From the human T2T-CHM13v2.0 reference genome, Homo sapiens, in assembly GCF_009914755.1 (NCBI RefSeq), contig NC_060925.1: 64,000 nt of DNA, one strand, 5' to 3'. Positions 13,434-28,245 of the stretch are shown piece by piece (positions within the stretch are counted from its first letter, which is position 1; each line of letters begins with the position of its first letter). The notes beneath the pieces are model-generated. The model was given only the letters and a program-made list of their open reading frames with translations, did no database searches and was not told the origin of the DNA. A program made the translations under genes and the position numbers.

Positions 13434-14071
13434 TGAAGTGACAAATACAGAAAAATCTCTATGTCCACTTTATATATCTTTCTAGATATTACCCTATCTC
13501 TAGGCTTTTTTTCCATTGTCAGTTCTCCTATTTCCTTCTATATACCTCCCCTATCTTCTTCTATGCTTAATGGTCTAACCTCTTAAAATGCCATGCACAA
13601 TTTACAATCTCTTCCTCTATTTTTTATATTTTCTGTCTACTTCTACTACCCATCTTCCACCTATAACACTCCATTGAAAATATGCTCCATAGATTCACCA
13701 ATGACAATTTAGTTACTAAATATTTCATATTGCTTAATTGCTTTATTATTAAAAATGTCTCTTTTTCTTTCCTTTGTTCCACATTTTCTTCATTTCCCAT
13801 TTCTGTTGCTTTCCTTTTGTGTCCTATATTGGCTCCCTTAACTTCTGCCTGCTTTTTCATTCACACTTCCCAAAGTCCTGTCCTTGGCCCTCTTCCTACT
13901 CCTCAGAGTCCCACTGAGGAAATTCTATGTGTTCCATAGTTTCAGCTACCACCTATGGGCTGTTAGCTACCAAATGGATTTCCAGGCCAAATATTCCTTC
14001 TGAATTGCAGACCCATAGACTTATCCCAATATTTCTATTGGACATCTTGATATACACATATATGATGTTAG

Positions 14072-14623
<552 letters not shown>

Positions 14624-15509
14624 TAAAATTAAAATCCATCCTGTAGCATAAACATGAATTTATAAATCATCCTTGCCACTTCTTTTTCCCTTACCAGTTT
14701 GACCATGAAATTTGATTAGATCGAATTCCTTAGTTTCACCTGAATCTGGCTCTTATTTCCATTCCCACTGTTAATTTCTTAAAGATTACATAATTTTATT
14801 TATTTTCTTATTTTATTTTTTGGCATCGAAAGACTCCTAAATAGCATCTGTTTTTCTAAATTTTGTACCACATCCTCTCCCCTCAATCCATTATTTATAT
14901 TGTTTTCAGTATGATCTTTTTTCAAAGTAATTTTAGTGCATCATGCCAGTCTTCTACTTAAAATCTTTTAATACAATCCCCACCCCCAATCCCTTGGACA
15001 GCTAGCATTTAGGAAATAGTTTCCCTTTCTCAATGTGACTTTTTAATGATAACACTTCAGCTTATCTCTGACCTGAATTCTCATCTCATCTCCCTCATAA
15101 TGTATTTTCAAGCCTTTTTAAGGACTTGCATTTTCTCCATGTACATTTTACTCTCTTATCACCGTGCCTTTGCAAATGTTACCCTCTCTGCTTTTATCAG
15201 CATCCTAAACTAAATTTTACCTGGCTAAATATATGTGTTCTTAGAAGAAGTCACTCAGGTATTATATCTCCTAATAAGTATTGTGTGAACCTCAAGTGTA
15301 GCTTTAGTTCTTCTCCTCCACACCTGCTGCCATTCTTTCATTATTCAATATTATTGGATATGCCTCTAATATGTATATTACTAAGTACAATAATACTTAG
15401 TAATGACATATTTTCCTGTCTGTTTCCTCCATAAGAATGGAAGTTACTTGAAGTAGAAACCAGTCTTATTTATGTCTTAGCTATACTTCTTGTCACAGTT
15501 AATACTGTT

Positions 15510-15762
15510 AATAATAATAAACAGCAATTACAAAACCGATATTTATAAAATTTTACTTGCAAAGCTGACTTTATTTACATACACTAATCAATTTTATCCT
15601 CACAACAACATTATAAGATAGATATTATTGTTATTCCAGTTAGGAGATAAGAAAACTGAGGTCAGAGATGTGAAGTAATGGATACACAGGTCAAAAATGT
15701 CGGAGCTTGTATTTCAAAAAAGGTAATAAGGTGTCTATGATATGCTTTTAACTACTATACTC
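15510..15762 (-). mobile_element. MIR, near full length
   Basis: atcctcacaacaac...gataagaaaactgaggtcagagatgtgaagtaa. Confidence 0.8.
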
Positions 15763-15914
15763 TACTAGTTCTCTAAATACAGAATGACATTCTTAATAAC
15801 AGAAGTGTGATATAAGTGACCAACACAGGGAATGCATTAGATTTGGAAATAAATTATAAACTGGCTTTAGGACGTATTGATATTAAAAGAAATAGTAATG
15901 ATACTGCTAAAAGA

Positions 15915-16095
15915 CAACTACCACTTTGGACAAGTTACTTAATCTCTACAAGTCTTAGTTTTATCATCTGTACATTGAGAATAATGATTGGTACCAATTA
16001 TGTTGGGTTGTCACAAACATTTAAATAATGAATTAAAGTGCTTAGACAGACATATAATTGTGCCTTTAATAAATTTTAACTTCTTCATTATATCT
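15915..16095 (+). mobile_element. MIR
   Basis: ctttggacaagttacttaatctct...tcttagttttatcatctgtacattgagaataat. Confidence 0.8.
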
Positions 16096-18238
16096 TCACT
16101 GTCATTACTTGTGTTAGACAATATCCAGAGAATTACCAAAAGCTATTTCTAAGATCCTAGATTTGCTAATTCTAACCTTAATGCTACCTGACTGTCTGAC
16201 ACAAAGGCAAGCAAGCTTAACAAAATTTTATTATTCAGTGGACACGATTTATAAAGATGAAGTCTTCAAAAGATTCTAATATCTCAATTAAATTCATGAA
16301 TACCCTATTTGGGGTACCTTTTGTTGCCATGTCAATTTTTTTAGTACAAACAGCAGCAGATTTTGCATAACTTTGGTTAAAAAATAAATAAATTAGAAGG
16401 ATACTCGATTACTTCATAGAATGGAGTTCCAAATGACTAAGTCTCATGTAGGACAAATAACATGAGAAGTTTATAAGCAATTGTTTGAGAAGTAAAACTA
16501 GTGTGGAGGCTAAAGAAAGCCCCTATAAATGTTTCTTTAGAAAGACCTGGATTTGTTAGCCTTTTTCTCTGGCCTCTCAGCTTCCTTGGATTTTGGGTAT
16601 GTTTGCATAGACCTGCTCACAGTGAATACAAGTAAAATCTTGTTTACCAGAGAAATGAGACATTCCCTTGCTTTCACGTTGTTATCCCTGAAGATACCTG
16701 TATATTTTCCCAATTGTAGGCACTTTGCTAAAAAGAGAAGAGGCTTTAACTTAGAATTTATGTGGATTCATAGTCAATGTTTAATATCTGTCAGAATGGA
16801 GCACATTTGGTGAAATAATTTGGGGTAGGTAGTTTCTGGATAGATTACTCTGAATAGACCAAGACCTGAATATTATTATTTCCCATGTAAAAATTGCCAC
16901 TGTTGGTGATAGTCTTATACATAGAGGATGACTTACTGTTAATTTCAGTTGTGGTTCTTCCTCTAAGGGCCTCGTGCTTGACTAATGCATATATCATCAA
17001 AATGGTCATGGGGCAGGAATATAGACTATGGTAGGCTTAAAAAAATGGCATGTTACTCCACACAGATGACCTGAGTTATCTTTCTGAATTCTTAATTTGC
17101 TAAGAATATTCCCCAAATTAGCATTATAGCTCAAATTAACCACTATAGAATATTCTAGCAAACTGATTACATGGGATCCTTTGCATCGTAGGTGAGGGGC
17201 AGTAATTTGTTCTAAATGAAATAGACATTTATTCTGCATCTAGATTTGCTTTTCTCTTCCTCATGTTGTTTGTCAATGCTACCATCTATGGGCATATCAA
17301 AGGCTTTATATGATGAACTCCTCAAGATCATCTTAGTACAAGGAATGTGCTACAAAGTAAAATAAATAATGATTTTATTGCCTGTAGAAGTCCTCTTCCT
17401 GACTGAGGTTGTGAACAAGTTAAAAAGCATGTAAGCTAAAACAACACTTAATTACCATTAGAGGTCAAATTGAAGATATAACTTTAGGTTGACTAAACAA
17501 ATGAGCTTGCTAATACTGAATTCTACCCAGTCCAGGACACACAGAATTAGAGCAGGTGGAATGATCTGTCCACATATGATGTAAGGCATGGAAGAGCAAA
17601 AGAGAACTGTGATTTCTATAGGTACATTGACTCTCCAGAAACACAGATTTTGGCTGCACATAGATGGATATTACTCAAAATTTACAAAACTTCTCAAATA
17701 TATTTCACTCCCAAAGGCAGTGAAGAGAATCCTAGAGTTGCATTAATTGATGACCTTTCATAGGAAGAAGCATCAGAAGTGCAGAAGAATATTTTTTACT
17801 ACCATTTGTTACTAATATATGAAACTTCATCTTCCATATCAAAACTATGTTGATCAAAATTTAATAGACTGCTCCAATTACTGTAGGGAGAAGTTATTCA
17901 GAGGGCTAGTGTGGAGCAGGGAGAAAAGTAATTTACAGATGGGGTGATGATGGCTTTGAGAAAGCTAGTGTAAGCAGACAGAGAGAGAAAAAAATGGTTC
18001 CATTTGGGATATATTTTAGAAATAGGATCAACAGAACTCAGTGATGTGGAAGAAAGATACCAAGAAGGACTTCTAATGTACTAGTACTAGGAGGATGAAA
18101 GTGACTTTTATTAATAAAGTCTCAGGAGAGCACATTTGTGGTAGAATATTAAGAATTTGCCTTTGGTCATTATAATTTTAAGATATCTAAGACAACTTCA
18201 AGAAGACTCACATTCTGAAGCTCAGAAAAGAAATCATA

Positions 18239-19509
18239 TGAGGGGTCATAGTTCATGGAAATGTGCATTATGGAAAAAGTATGAATGAAGTTCCAATTTT
18301 TTTGCATCACGATTAACTTGTAATAACTTGTCATAACATGTCTGAATAAGATCTAGTTTGAGGCACTCGAAAGCATAAGATATCAGTTTTAAAGGAGCCC
18401 CTATTAGAGCAACATGAATTCTGCTAAAATTGAAGCAAGACAAACATGAAATTTGTAGTGAAGCTTGGGTAGAAGAATGGTGAAATCACTGATGCTTTAT
18501 GAAAAGTTTATGCAGAAAATGCCTTAAAGCAACCTGAAACAATACAAGTGGATAACTCATTTTAAGAAAGGACTAGACAATATTGAATATGAAGCCCACA
18601 GCAGCAGGCCATCCACATCAATTTACAAGGAAAAAATTCATCTTTTTCATGACCTCACTGAAGAGGAATGATGATTAATAGCACAAACAATAACCAACAC
18701 CATAGACATCTCAGTTTGTTCAGCTTACACTGTTCTGGCTGAAAAAATAAAGTCAAGCAAACTTTCCACTTAATGGGTACCAAAATCATTACACCCAGAT
18801 CAGCTGCAGACAAGAGCAGGGCTTTCAATGGAAATTTTAAACATGGGGGATCAAGATCCTGAACCATTTCTCCAAAAATTTGTAACAGAAGATGAAACAC
18901 GGATTTGCCAGGCAATCCTGAAGACAAAGCACAATCAAAGCAATGGCTATCAAGAGGTGGAAGTGGTCCAGTCAAAGCAAAAGCAAAGGTCATGTCAACA
19001 GTTTTTTGGGGGATGCTCATAGCATTTTGCTTTTTGTGTTTCTGGAGGACAAAAGAAAGATAACATCTACTTATTGTGAGACTGTTTTGAGAAAGTTAAC
19101 TAACACTCCAAAAGAAAAGTGCCTGGAAAAGCTTTACCAGAGAGTCCTTCTTTACCACAACAATGCTCATACTCATTTCTCTCATCAAACAAGGACAATT
19201 TTGTTAATATTTTGATAGAAAATCACCAGGCATCCACCTTACTGTCCTGGTTTGGCCCTCACTGACTTCTTTTTGTTTCCTAATCTTAAAAAATCTTTAA
19301 AGAGTACTCAATTTTCTTCATTCAATAATATGAAAAGATTGCATTGACATGGTTAAATTCTCAGGAACCTTGGGTTTTTAAGGATGAACCGAATGGCTTG
19401 TATCATCACTTAGCTGTCTTAAGCCTGATGGAGCTTATGTTGAGAAAGTTTATATTATTTATTTACATTTTTTAATTCTATTTGCCAAGAACTTCTTGAA
19501 GTCTCCTCA
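18239..19509 (+). mobile_element. Hsmar2 mariner DNA transposon, essentially full length
   Basis: Terminal inverted repeats tgaggggtc...agttcatggaaat and ttgccaagaacttcttgaagtctcctca; TA TSDs at 18237-18238 and 19510-19511; ~1.27 kb. Confidence 0.93.
18414..19470 (+). pseudogene. Decayed mariner transposase
   Basis: Starts MNSAKIEAR; fragments VTEDET (VTGDETW), YHNNAHTH (HHDNAPAH) and HPPYCPGLALTDFFLFP (HPPYSPDLAPSDF); many stops and frameshifts. Confidence 0.9.
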
Positions 19510-19704
19510 TACATTTGGGAGATGTGAGGATTGATATGGTTCTTAAATCTTGGAAATAGAATGGTTCCTTAAGTCAGAACATCCTGAGTGAGAGCAGAAT
19601 TGGTCCTGGCACTGGTTCATGAGAACTGCTTCATTTATAATTTATGTTCTTGAGGTAATATTTATTTATTTCTGTTTTATATTTATTTTGTGAGTTTTGT
19701 CTTT

Positions 19705-20010
<306 letters not shown>

Positions 20011-20089
20011 TAATATCAATTTATTTGAAACAAAAAAATAAAAGCTCTTATTTGAAAAATGTCAAACATTTATTTGGCCAATAAATATA

Positions 20090-20850
20090 TTAGACTAAAA
20101 CCCTTCAAGTCATCCTCTGGCCCTTTCCTTTCTATCACACACCATATTCAATCCATCATTCAATTCTGCCAAGTCTCCTGTCATCCTCATTTCAATGGCT
20201 TCACTGTCACCCTTGTCCAAACTACTATGACCTTTTCTCCAAGTAGAAATCAGAGAGAGTCTTTTAGAATAGAAGTAAAATCAAGTTACTCTTTTACTCA
20301 AAGTTCTCGAATGATCCCATCACACTTAGATAAAATCTAGATTCTTTTGGAAGCCTGAAAATTGGTGCTGCTCTTCCTGATTATGGCTCTAATTTCACCG
20401 CCTGTGACTTTCTTCATGGCTTGCTGCATTTCAGGCACACTGGCCTTACGAGTATTTCTCTAAGTCTGTTATTGCCTCTAGGCATTTATACTTGCAGTTA
20501 CTTCTGTCCCTAAAGCTCATCCCTCACATATGCCCAAGGCTTACTCTTCATTCCTGTTTCTGCTCAAATAACAACTTCTTAGAGACCTTTTCCATCCACC
20601 CTATCTGTAACAGTGCTTGTTCTTCTCTCTCTACTATGTATACACTTACCAGGTTTTTATGTTTTCTATATTTCTTATTAACTAGTTCCATATTTACATG
20701 TTTATTTATCATCTCTTTCTCTCTTAGGAATATAAGCTTTGTGACATTAAGATTCTATTTTGATCACTCTTACTTTCAGTGCTAGTATGTGTCTAACACA
20801 CAGTGGACATTCAAATATTTGTGCAGAAAAAACTATACGTATGTAAATGA
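20090..20850 (+). mobile_element. L2a 3' fragment
   Basis: aagtcatcct...cattcaatccatca...gtgtctaacacacagtggacattcaaatatttgtg. Confidence 0.75.
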
Positions 20851-21835
20851 ATATATAGACTTTAATATTAAAGTCACTTATCTACTCAGTTAATAATTAT
20901 TCATCATTTACCTACAATGTTTTCAAAATGAGTTATAAAACAGAAGATTTTCAACTTTCTTAAATCCAATGTGTGAATAACAACTCAAAACATTCTTATT
21001 GACAAATAATCTAGCGATTGCATTAATACTTCTCTCTAGTATTTCAGATGCTTGTCAAATCAACCTAGACAGATTTATTTTTAATTGTTAAGAGATGAAC
21101 TTCTGGAAATATGTTTTCTATTTGTCACAGATGTGTCTACATGTAGTTAAACTTACAGTATTTACTATCTGTATTGGCCTGCACTTTCCTTTTGCACTAA
21201 CAAGAATTTCTCCTTGACAGGGTTTTGCTCCATTGCATAATTCAGATGTTCATTAAAATACAGTGAGATTTTGCGGAATCCATTGAATACTACTTATGTT
21301 TTAATGAGCATTAATGAGCTTTGTGATTGTCCTGTGGAGCAAAACTCATATCTCATTAGGTGGATTCCCAAAATGCCTAAAGGTGAGCAGACATAGCTTT
21401 AGATATACAAGGTAATTTCATACTTAATTAGTTCCTTACTTGCCACACCACAGATACACATTCAGAACTATGGTTTGAAATGGCAAACTTGTTGTTTGCT
21501 GTGACAAGTCAATGAAATGGTAGAATTCATAGAAAGCCTTTGTAAGTATTTTAAGGCCATTCTCTATTATGTTAATAAATTGGCATGTTATGATTCAATT
21601 CACAGAAAATAGACAATAAGGAGAAAAAGTTAAATGATTCCAAACTTGAGTTGACATTGCTTGGTATTTTATACAGAATATGACGTTGTGAAATACTTAC
21701 ATTTATATGTTCAGATGTGGGTGGCAGGGAATTTACATATAGTATTTTCCTTCTAATAAAAACTCTGAAAGTTGGAACTGTTATTTTCACATTACGAATA
21801 AGAAAACTGATATATGAAGTGTTTAAGTTACTTGC

Positions 21836-22519
21836 TGTGTTAGTTTGCTAGGGCTGTAACAAAATACCACAGACTGTGTCTCATAAACAACAGAAATTTA
21901 TTTTCTCAGTTCTAGAGGCTGGAAGTCCAAAATCAAGGTGACAGTAGGTTTCCTTGCTTTTGAGGTCCCTCTTCTTAGACTGCAGGTGGCTGCCTTTTCT
22001 CTATGTCCTCCTATGACCTTCTCTCAATGAGTGAACATCGCTGGTATATCCTCTTCTTCTTCTTCTTTTACGATAAGCTGTTGCTCTGTCTCCCAGGCTA
22101 GAGTGCAGTGGCATGATTCATGGCTTACTGTAGCCCTTACCTCCCGGGCTCAAACAATCCTCCCACCTCAGCTTCCCAAGTAGCTGGGACTACAGGCACA
22201 TGCCACTATGCCTGGCTAATTTATTATTTTTGTAGAGATGAAGTCTCTCCATGTTGTCTAGGCTGGTCTCAAACTCCTGGGCTCAAGAAATCTTCCTCCC
22301 TCAGTCTCCTAAAGTGTTGGGATTACAGGCATTAGCCACAACCCCTGGCTTCTTCTTAGAAAGACACAAGTCCTATTGGATTAGGGTTCTATTCTGTGAC
22401 CTCATTTACATTAAGTGACTCTTTGAAGGCCCTATCTCCAAATACAGTCACCCTCTATAAGACTAGCAGCTAAGGCTTCAACATACAAATTTTGAGGGAA
22501 TGCAATTCAGTCTATAATA
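21836..22519 (-). mobile_element. MLT1B MaLR LTR containing an AluJ
   Basis: tgtgttagtttgctagggctg...ccctatctccaaatacagtcac...ttcagtctataata; TSD cttgc/cttgt. Confidence 0.88.
22059..22350 (-). mobile_element. AluJ nested in MLT1B
   Basis: J-type dimer; tcttctt repeated on both flanks. Confidence 0.9.
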
Positions 22520-23364
22520 CTTGTCAAAATTGTACTGGTAGTACATGGCAGATTTTGATTTGAACTCATCTCTCTCTGACTTCAAGGTCCAGGTTTCATT
22601 CTATATATTCTGTAGCATAAAATTGCATAGGATTTAGAGTAATGGATGTTATGCCATAAAAGACTGATATTGATATGTTTGAGGTATCAAAAAGTAGTTC
22701 ATTGTGTCATTACCACAAATAAAAAACAATTTTGCTTTATCTAATGGTTTTTAAGTTTTCATTTACTTTGAATTTTTTCTTGTGTGTTATATTTTTAAAA
22801 ACCTCAAACCAGAGCATACTGATAAATCCAAGTTGTTATACATAGATTATTTTTACTAAAGAAGATTAATCTTTCGTAATTATTGAAGATCATTGTTTTA
22901 GATTGGGTTATGTAATATGACTCCCAACACACATTTTCAAAGCTGATACTCTAGTTGCTATTATCTCTTGGAACAAATAAGAAGTAAAAAGTAGGAGTAA
23001 AATTCCTTTTATTTCAATGTTTAATGTAGCATGGCTGATAATATGGCAAACACATTTCTGTAGAAATGTGCTACTCTCTTGGGGTAGGCTAATGGTGCAT
23101 CTGATCTGATAAAGTAGAAAGATAGCCTCTTGCACTTTGACCTGTAGATTCTGGCTGCATAGAGCCTGGATGTCATATTGTTGCACACACATGTGCTCTC
23201 ACCTACTCACCAGATTAATAGTGAACATCAGTGAAATTTTTGGCAGAATTCAGAGAGTTATGAGTTTGAATAACAATTTTCCAATCAAATATGAGGTTAT
23301 GCCTATGGAGTTTCTCTGAAAATTGAAAATGCCTTTTACGTTTTACTATTGCATAATAATTAAG

Positions 23365-23524
23365 ATGGACATTTGGACTCAGACAGCTGTGAGTTTGAAT
23401 ACCTGTTCTGATGCTTACCACATTGTTTCCAGCTCAGCTACATAGCCTCCCTAAGCACTAGTCAATTCATATGAATAATGAGGAAAATATCTATTTGCCT
23501 AATAGGATATGATGATTAAATCAT
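23365..23524 (+). mobile_element. MIR fragment
   Basis: tttggactcagacagctgtgagtttgaatacc. Confidence 0.55.
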
Positions 23525-23897
<373 letters not shown>

Positions 23898-23919
23898 TTA
23901 GCCTTTGTGACTATTTACA

Positions 23920-24088
23920 ATTTAATTGTGTAGTGATTTATTTAAAGCTTATCTTTCCTTTTGATGTAAGTTCCATAGAATTGTAGAATATGTTGTATTT
24001 TTAAATCTTTGTATAGCTAATTCTTGATACATTGATATACAGAAGCCCCAATACATATCTATTGAACAAATGAATAAATTAATAAATT
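23920..24088 (+). mobile_element. L2 3' end
   Basis: gatgtaagttccatag...caatacatatctattgaacaaatgaataaat. Confidence 0.65.
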
Positions 24089-25267
24089 TAGTTTTATGAT
24101 TTTAATGTTATGTTCAGTTATCTTTGTAAAATTCCAAATCAAATGACTTAGAAAAGGAACAAAAAGAAACTGGATGCATATTGAATACTGTAATCAGTAT
24201 CACAGTATTCATTATATAAGCTAAAAATTTTGCTTCTCTTTAGGGTAGTCCCTATTCATTGCTGTATTCCCAGTTGCATCTGCCATAGAGTAGGTGACAT
24301 AAAACTTTATTGAAATAATCCATTGGAACTGATTATGCATTTTTTGTACCAAACAAAAAAGATATTATTTTGAAAACTGATAAGCTAAAACATATAATAT
24401 TTTGTTCAATTTATAAGTTCTTTTTGTACATGTTGATAGCTACATCTTTGTTATTTTTATAGGAAATATCTCAGATACAGCTTGGCTGAAGCAATAGAGA
24501 AAAAAATTCCTATGAAGTAGAGAGAGAGAAAAGAGAGGTGTTTTGTCAGTTGGTAATGTATATATGGTGTTTTGTTGTGTCATTTTCTAAGTTTCTGAAT
24601 TCTGAGAACTTAGAAACTTATTTACAATAACCTGTTTTTCATCTTCAAGTGGATTTGTAAAAATGATGTAACAAAAAAAAGTCCAGTTTGTTATATTCCT
24701 CAATCATCACCAATATTTTATGCTCCCAAAGAAAATGGGAAAATGTCTTTTTCCATTACTAGATGTATATCCAGTGCCCACCATGACTAGGGAAAAAGAG
24801 AACTGGTTATATATGTATATGTATTTGGTGAATTGAAACAAATTATTCTGATGTGTGAAAATATCATTTTTTGTCTAAATATAAAATATTCCTATAATGG
24901 CAAAATTCCTGGGACAAATTTAGTCATTTTCCTGTACATAGATATTAATAGAAATTATATATTTATAAAAACAGATAAATTCCTCGGTAAGTTTAATTCA
25001 ACTTTATAATATTAGATGTTAAATTATAGAACACATGAAAAAGCTTTTTCTATGAAATTAGATAATGTTAAGATGACTTGGGAATATTGTCATTTCAGAG
25101 TTTCTTTATACTTGATAGATTTCCTCAAATACGAAAGTAATATTTCTTTGCCACAAGTTACCCTTTCCCTTCAGAAAAAAATAGAAAACAAATATGTATC
25201 TACTTATTTCATATACATATATACTTATGTGCTACAAAAATGTCACTTACATGTACATACATCTCTA

Positions 25268-25609
25268 TGTTTTAGGACTTTCTCAGTTCACCTAAGGATG
25301 GGGTCCTTGTCACATGGCCATGAAAGATTAGTCTCACAGACACTTTGAAGGGTGAGAAAAATGGAATTTATTGGGGGAAAAGGAAAAAAAAGGGAAACAG
25401 GAACTCTCAGCAAAGCAAGAGTCCTGCTAGCTGGTTTTCCCACCTCATAGCTTGAATCCCAGATACTACACTGGATCAGGAGAGGCCAGGCTCTCCCTCC
25501 CCAACCCTCCCCCGACAAAGGGTGCAAACTTTCATGGCTCCACCCCATTCTCCAAGTACACAGGCTGGTTGGACATTCTCCAGTGACCCCCTTATACTTG
25601 GCTGTCTCA
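25268..25609 (-). mobile_element. MER61-type ERV1 solo LTR
   Basis: TG...CA ends; minus strand begins tgagacagccaagtataagggggtc; AATAAA on minus strand; exact 4-bp TSD tcta. Confidence 0.87.
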
Positions 25610-26599
25610 TCTACATGTAAACTTTATAATTAAACCTCTATAATTTACTCGAGATTATAATGTTTTCACCTCTGCACTGTGAGTACTATAAGACTAGAGA
25701 TTACTACACTAATTATTCTTGTTCTTAAATAGTAAGATAATTACTGAAGCAATATTCTATTCAAAATGAAAATTGGATCCACCCCCAGCACACTTAAATT
25801 AGGTGTCTTTTTCTTTCATTTTGCAAAATGTTCTCCTTTTATGCTTTTCAAATGCATATAATAAAATTAGAAATAGAAGCTCCATTAACAGGAGAGTCCA
25901 TGCTAGGTAAGAATGTCATCAATGTGGTTATTCTGCCTATGCTCCAATTCTAAAGGTATTCCTGTACAAACGGTAGTTCTATTAGATACTGATTCTGCTG
26001 GTTTCACCTGGCCAAACAGACACAAATTAGCGGAGGACAATAAAAATAGCATCAGTTAAGTTGAAAGTCATTAACACTTATTCAAAATATTGGATGAAAT
26101 TAAACCACAAAGGCAATTAATGTTTTGGTGAAAAAAATGTTTTTTTAAAAATTTAAGAGATTATTTTTCTGTACTAGGGGACAATTCAAACAATCCCAGG
26201 CTGAAATGAATACTACCTACTTAGGGCCCCATTGTATGCTGAATACATTTCAATAAAACACCTTTAACATTTTATTTCAACTCATTTTGCTTATGTCTCC
26301 ATCTGTCCTTGAGGATAGCATTACATATTACTTTTTTGGTATCACTAGTTTCAGAAAAATCGTGGCACACAGAACCCATTCAACAAGTTTGTTGCATTAA
26401 TAAATTAATCTGTGTTTTAAATGTAAGTTACTTGTTTCTGTCCCACACAAGTTAGCACATGATTATATGAGGCTTTTTAATTAATCAACATAATCAATAT
26501 TGTCATCCAAAAAGATGAATCCCAAAATCTCAGTGGGGATTCTCAGTGAAGAATCCTACACTCATGCACACACATATGTATTATATGCTTAAGCTACCG

Positions 26600-26836
26600 T
26601 CTCATTGTATTGAACACCCCTCTGCCACGTCTTTCAGTAAAGCCATTTAAGGTATTTGGTCCCAAGGGAAGAGAGAGACAAAGAAGAGCCACAGGGGCTC
26701 CTAAACTGCCTTTAATTACTTCAGTTCATGTTTCATTGGGAAGTACCAATCATAGAATGTCAATCTCACTGCAAGGGAGGTTAGGAATTATAGAGCACTG
26801 AAGTAATATTCAGTGACCACACATTTTCTCTGGCAC
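26600..26836 (-). mobile_element. Old MLT1 (J/K/L-like) fragment
   Basis: ttcatgtttcattgg...actgcaagggaggttaggaattatag...tctggcaca. Confidence 0.45.
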
Positions 26837-28179
26837 AGTCTTTTTCTATAATGGTTTCAGAAATGTCTTTGCAGAGAGATTACAAGCATCAAGGGCAAAA
26901 TACAGCACCTCATTTTATATATTTCCTAGTATAAGAGAATAGTAAGAGATATGTGGTAGGTACTCAACTTGCTGATATTTTGAAATTTATTTTTTGGAAA
27001 GTGTTATTCATTTTCCAAACTGTAGTGGTCACTAGATAAATATCTACTTGTGTTTATCTTTCCTGAAAAAAATAAGCTGGGATATTAGAAGTTTCAAAAT
27101 GGTTGATATTATAACAACTATGGTGTTTCTTGAGGAGAAGGGAGGGGTTGTTAAGATGTGGTTAAGATGTGTGCACATAATCATCTGAAGTGATTTTCCA
27201 AATGTAAGTGCTAGGGTTCTGAAAGTAATTCGTTTGAGGTGTGCCACAGGAGAATCTTTTCCTGAAGAAAAGTTCTAACTATTGCTCAAACAACTTTTGT
27301 CTAAGAATAACTAGTAAGCCTAGTACATTTTGCAGAATTAAACTGCTTCATAGTTTGGGAATTGCATTGACAGAACTACCAAGCTTTTGGAACACAGAAA
27401 ATCATGGAAAGAAATACAACTCTCATCAACTTATTTATGTGAAAGGCTATTTTTGATATATTTTTTATGCTTCAGGTGAATTATAATTTTGCTGTCTCTA
27501 TTTGGATATTTAACAATGAAACAACTGTATTACTGTGTTCACTCTTTCAGGACATTTCTGAGAAGCAACATTGATTTATTTTCCACATAATGTTTAGGAT
27601 TATGTGCCAGAGAATATGAGCTGAGTTCATTCCTGGACATAGAACTTTAACATGTATGCCAGACTCTCTTTTGGTTAGTTATGAACATATTAAGTTGCAA
27701 TGAATGTGATGAAGGAAATAATGAATGCCACCTTTAGATCTTGCTCACAAACCAACCAACCAGCAAACACACCCAGGCTTCTTGAGTCATGGATTTGGAG
27801 AGATTCTCACCAAAAATGCTTGCATTGTTCTCGTATGTGAATAAGAAGGTAACTTTTATGGTCTCATGTCCTTAAGACTTTGAATTATTTTGCTATCATT
27901 AATATTAGTTATTATCTTAACTAATTTATTATTTTTATATTATTTAGGTGATTATTAATAAATCTTATTAGTCTCAAACCGTGTCACTTAAAATCATATG
28001 TTTATTCCTTCAAATAGCTTTCTCAGAGGCTTTCTGGCATTAAATTTTATTAGGTTTCCATTTCTAAATTTTTCTTGGGAACATTCTAGTATCTGAGTGC
28101 GTGTTACCAAAATGACATTATATTTTTAGTTACAAATGCTATCTCAGTTTATATTTCTGGGGAACACATATATATTTAT

Positions 28180-28245
28180 CCCCACACAATACACACGCAC
28201 ACGCATACACACACAAACACACATGTACACACATGCACACTTGCA
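28180..28245. repeat. Imperfect (CA)n
   Basis: Directly visible. Confidence 0.85.

Larger units (their letters stand above)
17875..19640 (-). mobile_element. L2 fragment split by the Hsmar2 insertion (17875-18236 and 19512-19640)
   Basis: Purine-rich L2-antisense sequence (gggatatattttagaaatagg...) resumes after the mariner (catttgggag...). Confidence 0.6.
21740..22600 (-). mobile_element. MIR split by MLT1B (21740-21835 and 22520-22600)
   Basis: taagaaaactga...aagttacttg continues as cttgtcaaaa...tggcaga...gatttgaactc...tctgacttcaagg. Confidence 0.7.

Noticed and set aside
18414-19470. Possible domesticated or active transposase
   Set aside because: Multiple stops and frameshifts and a mutated catalytic motif
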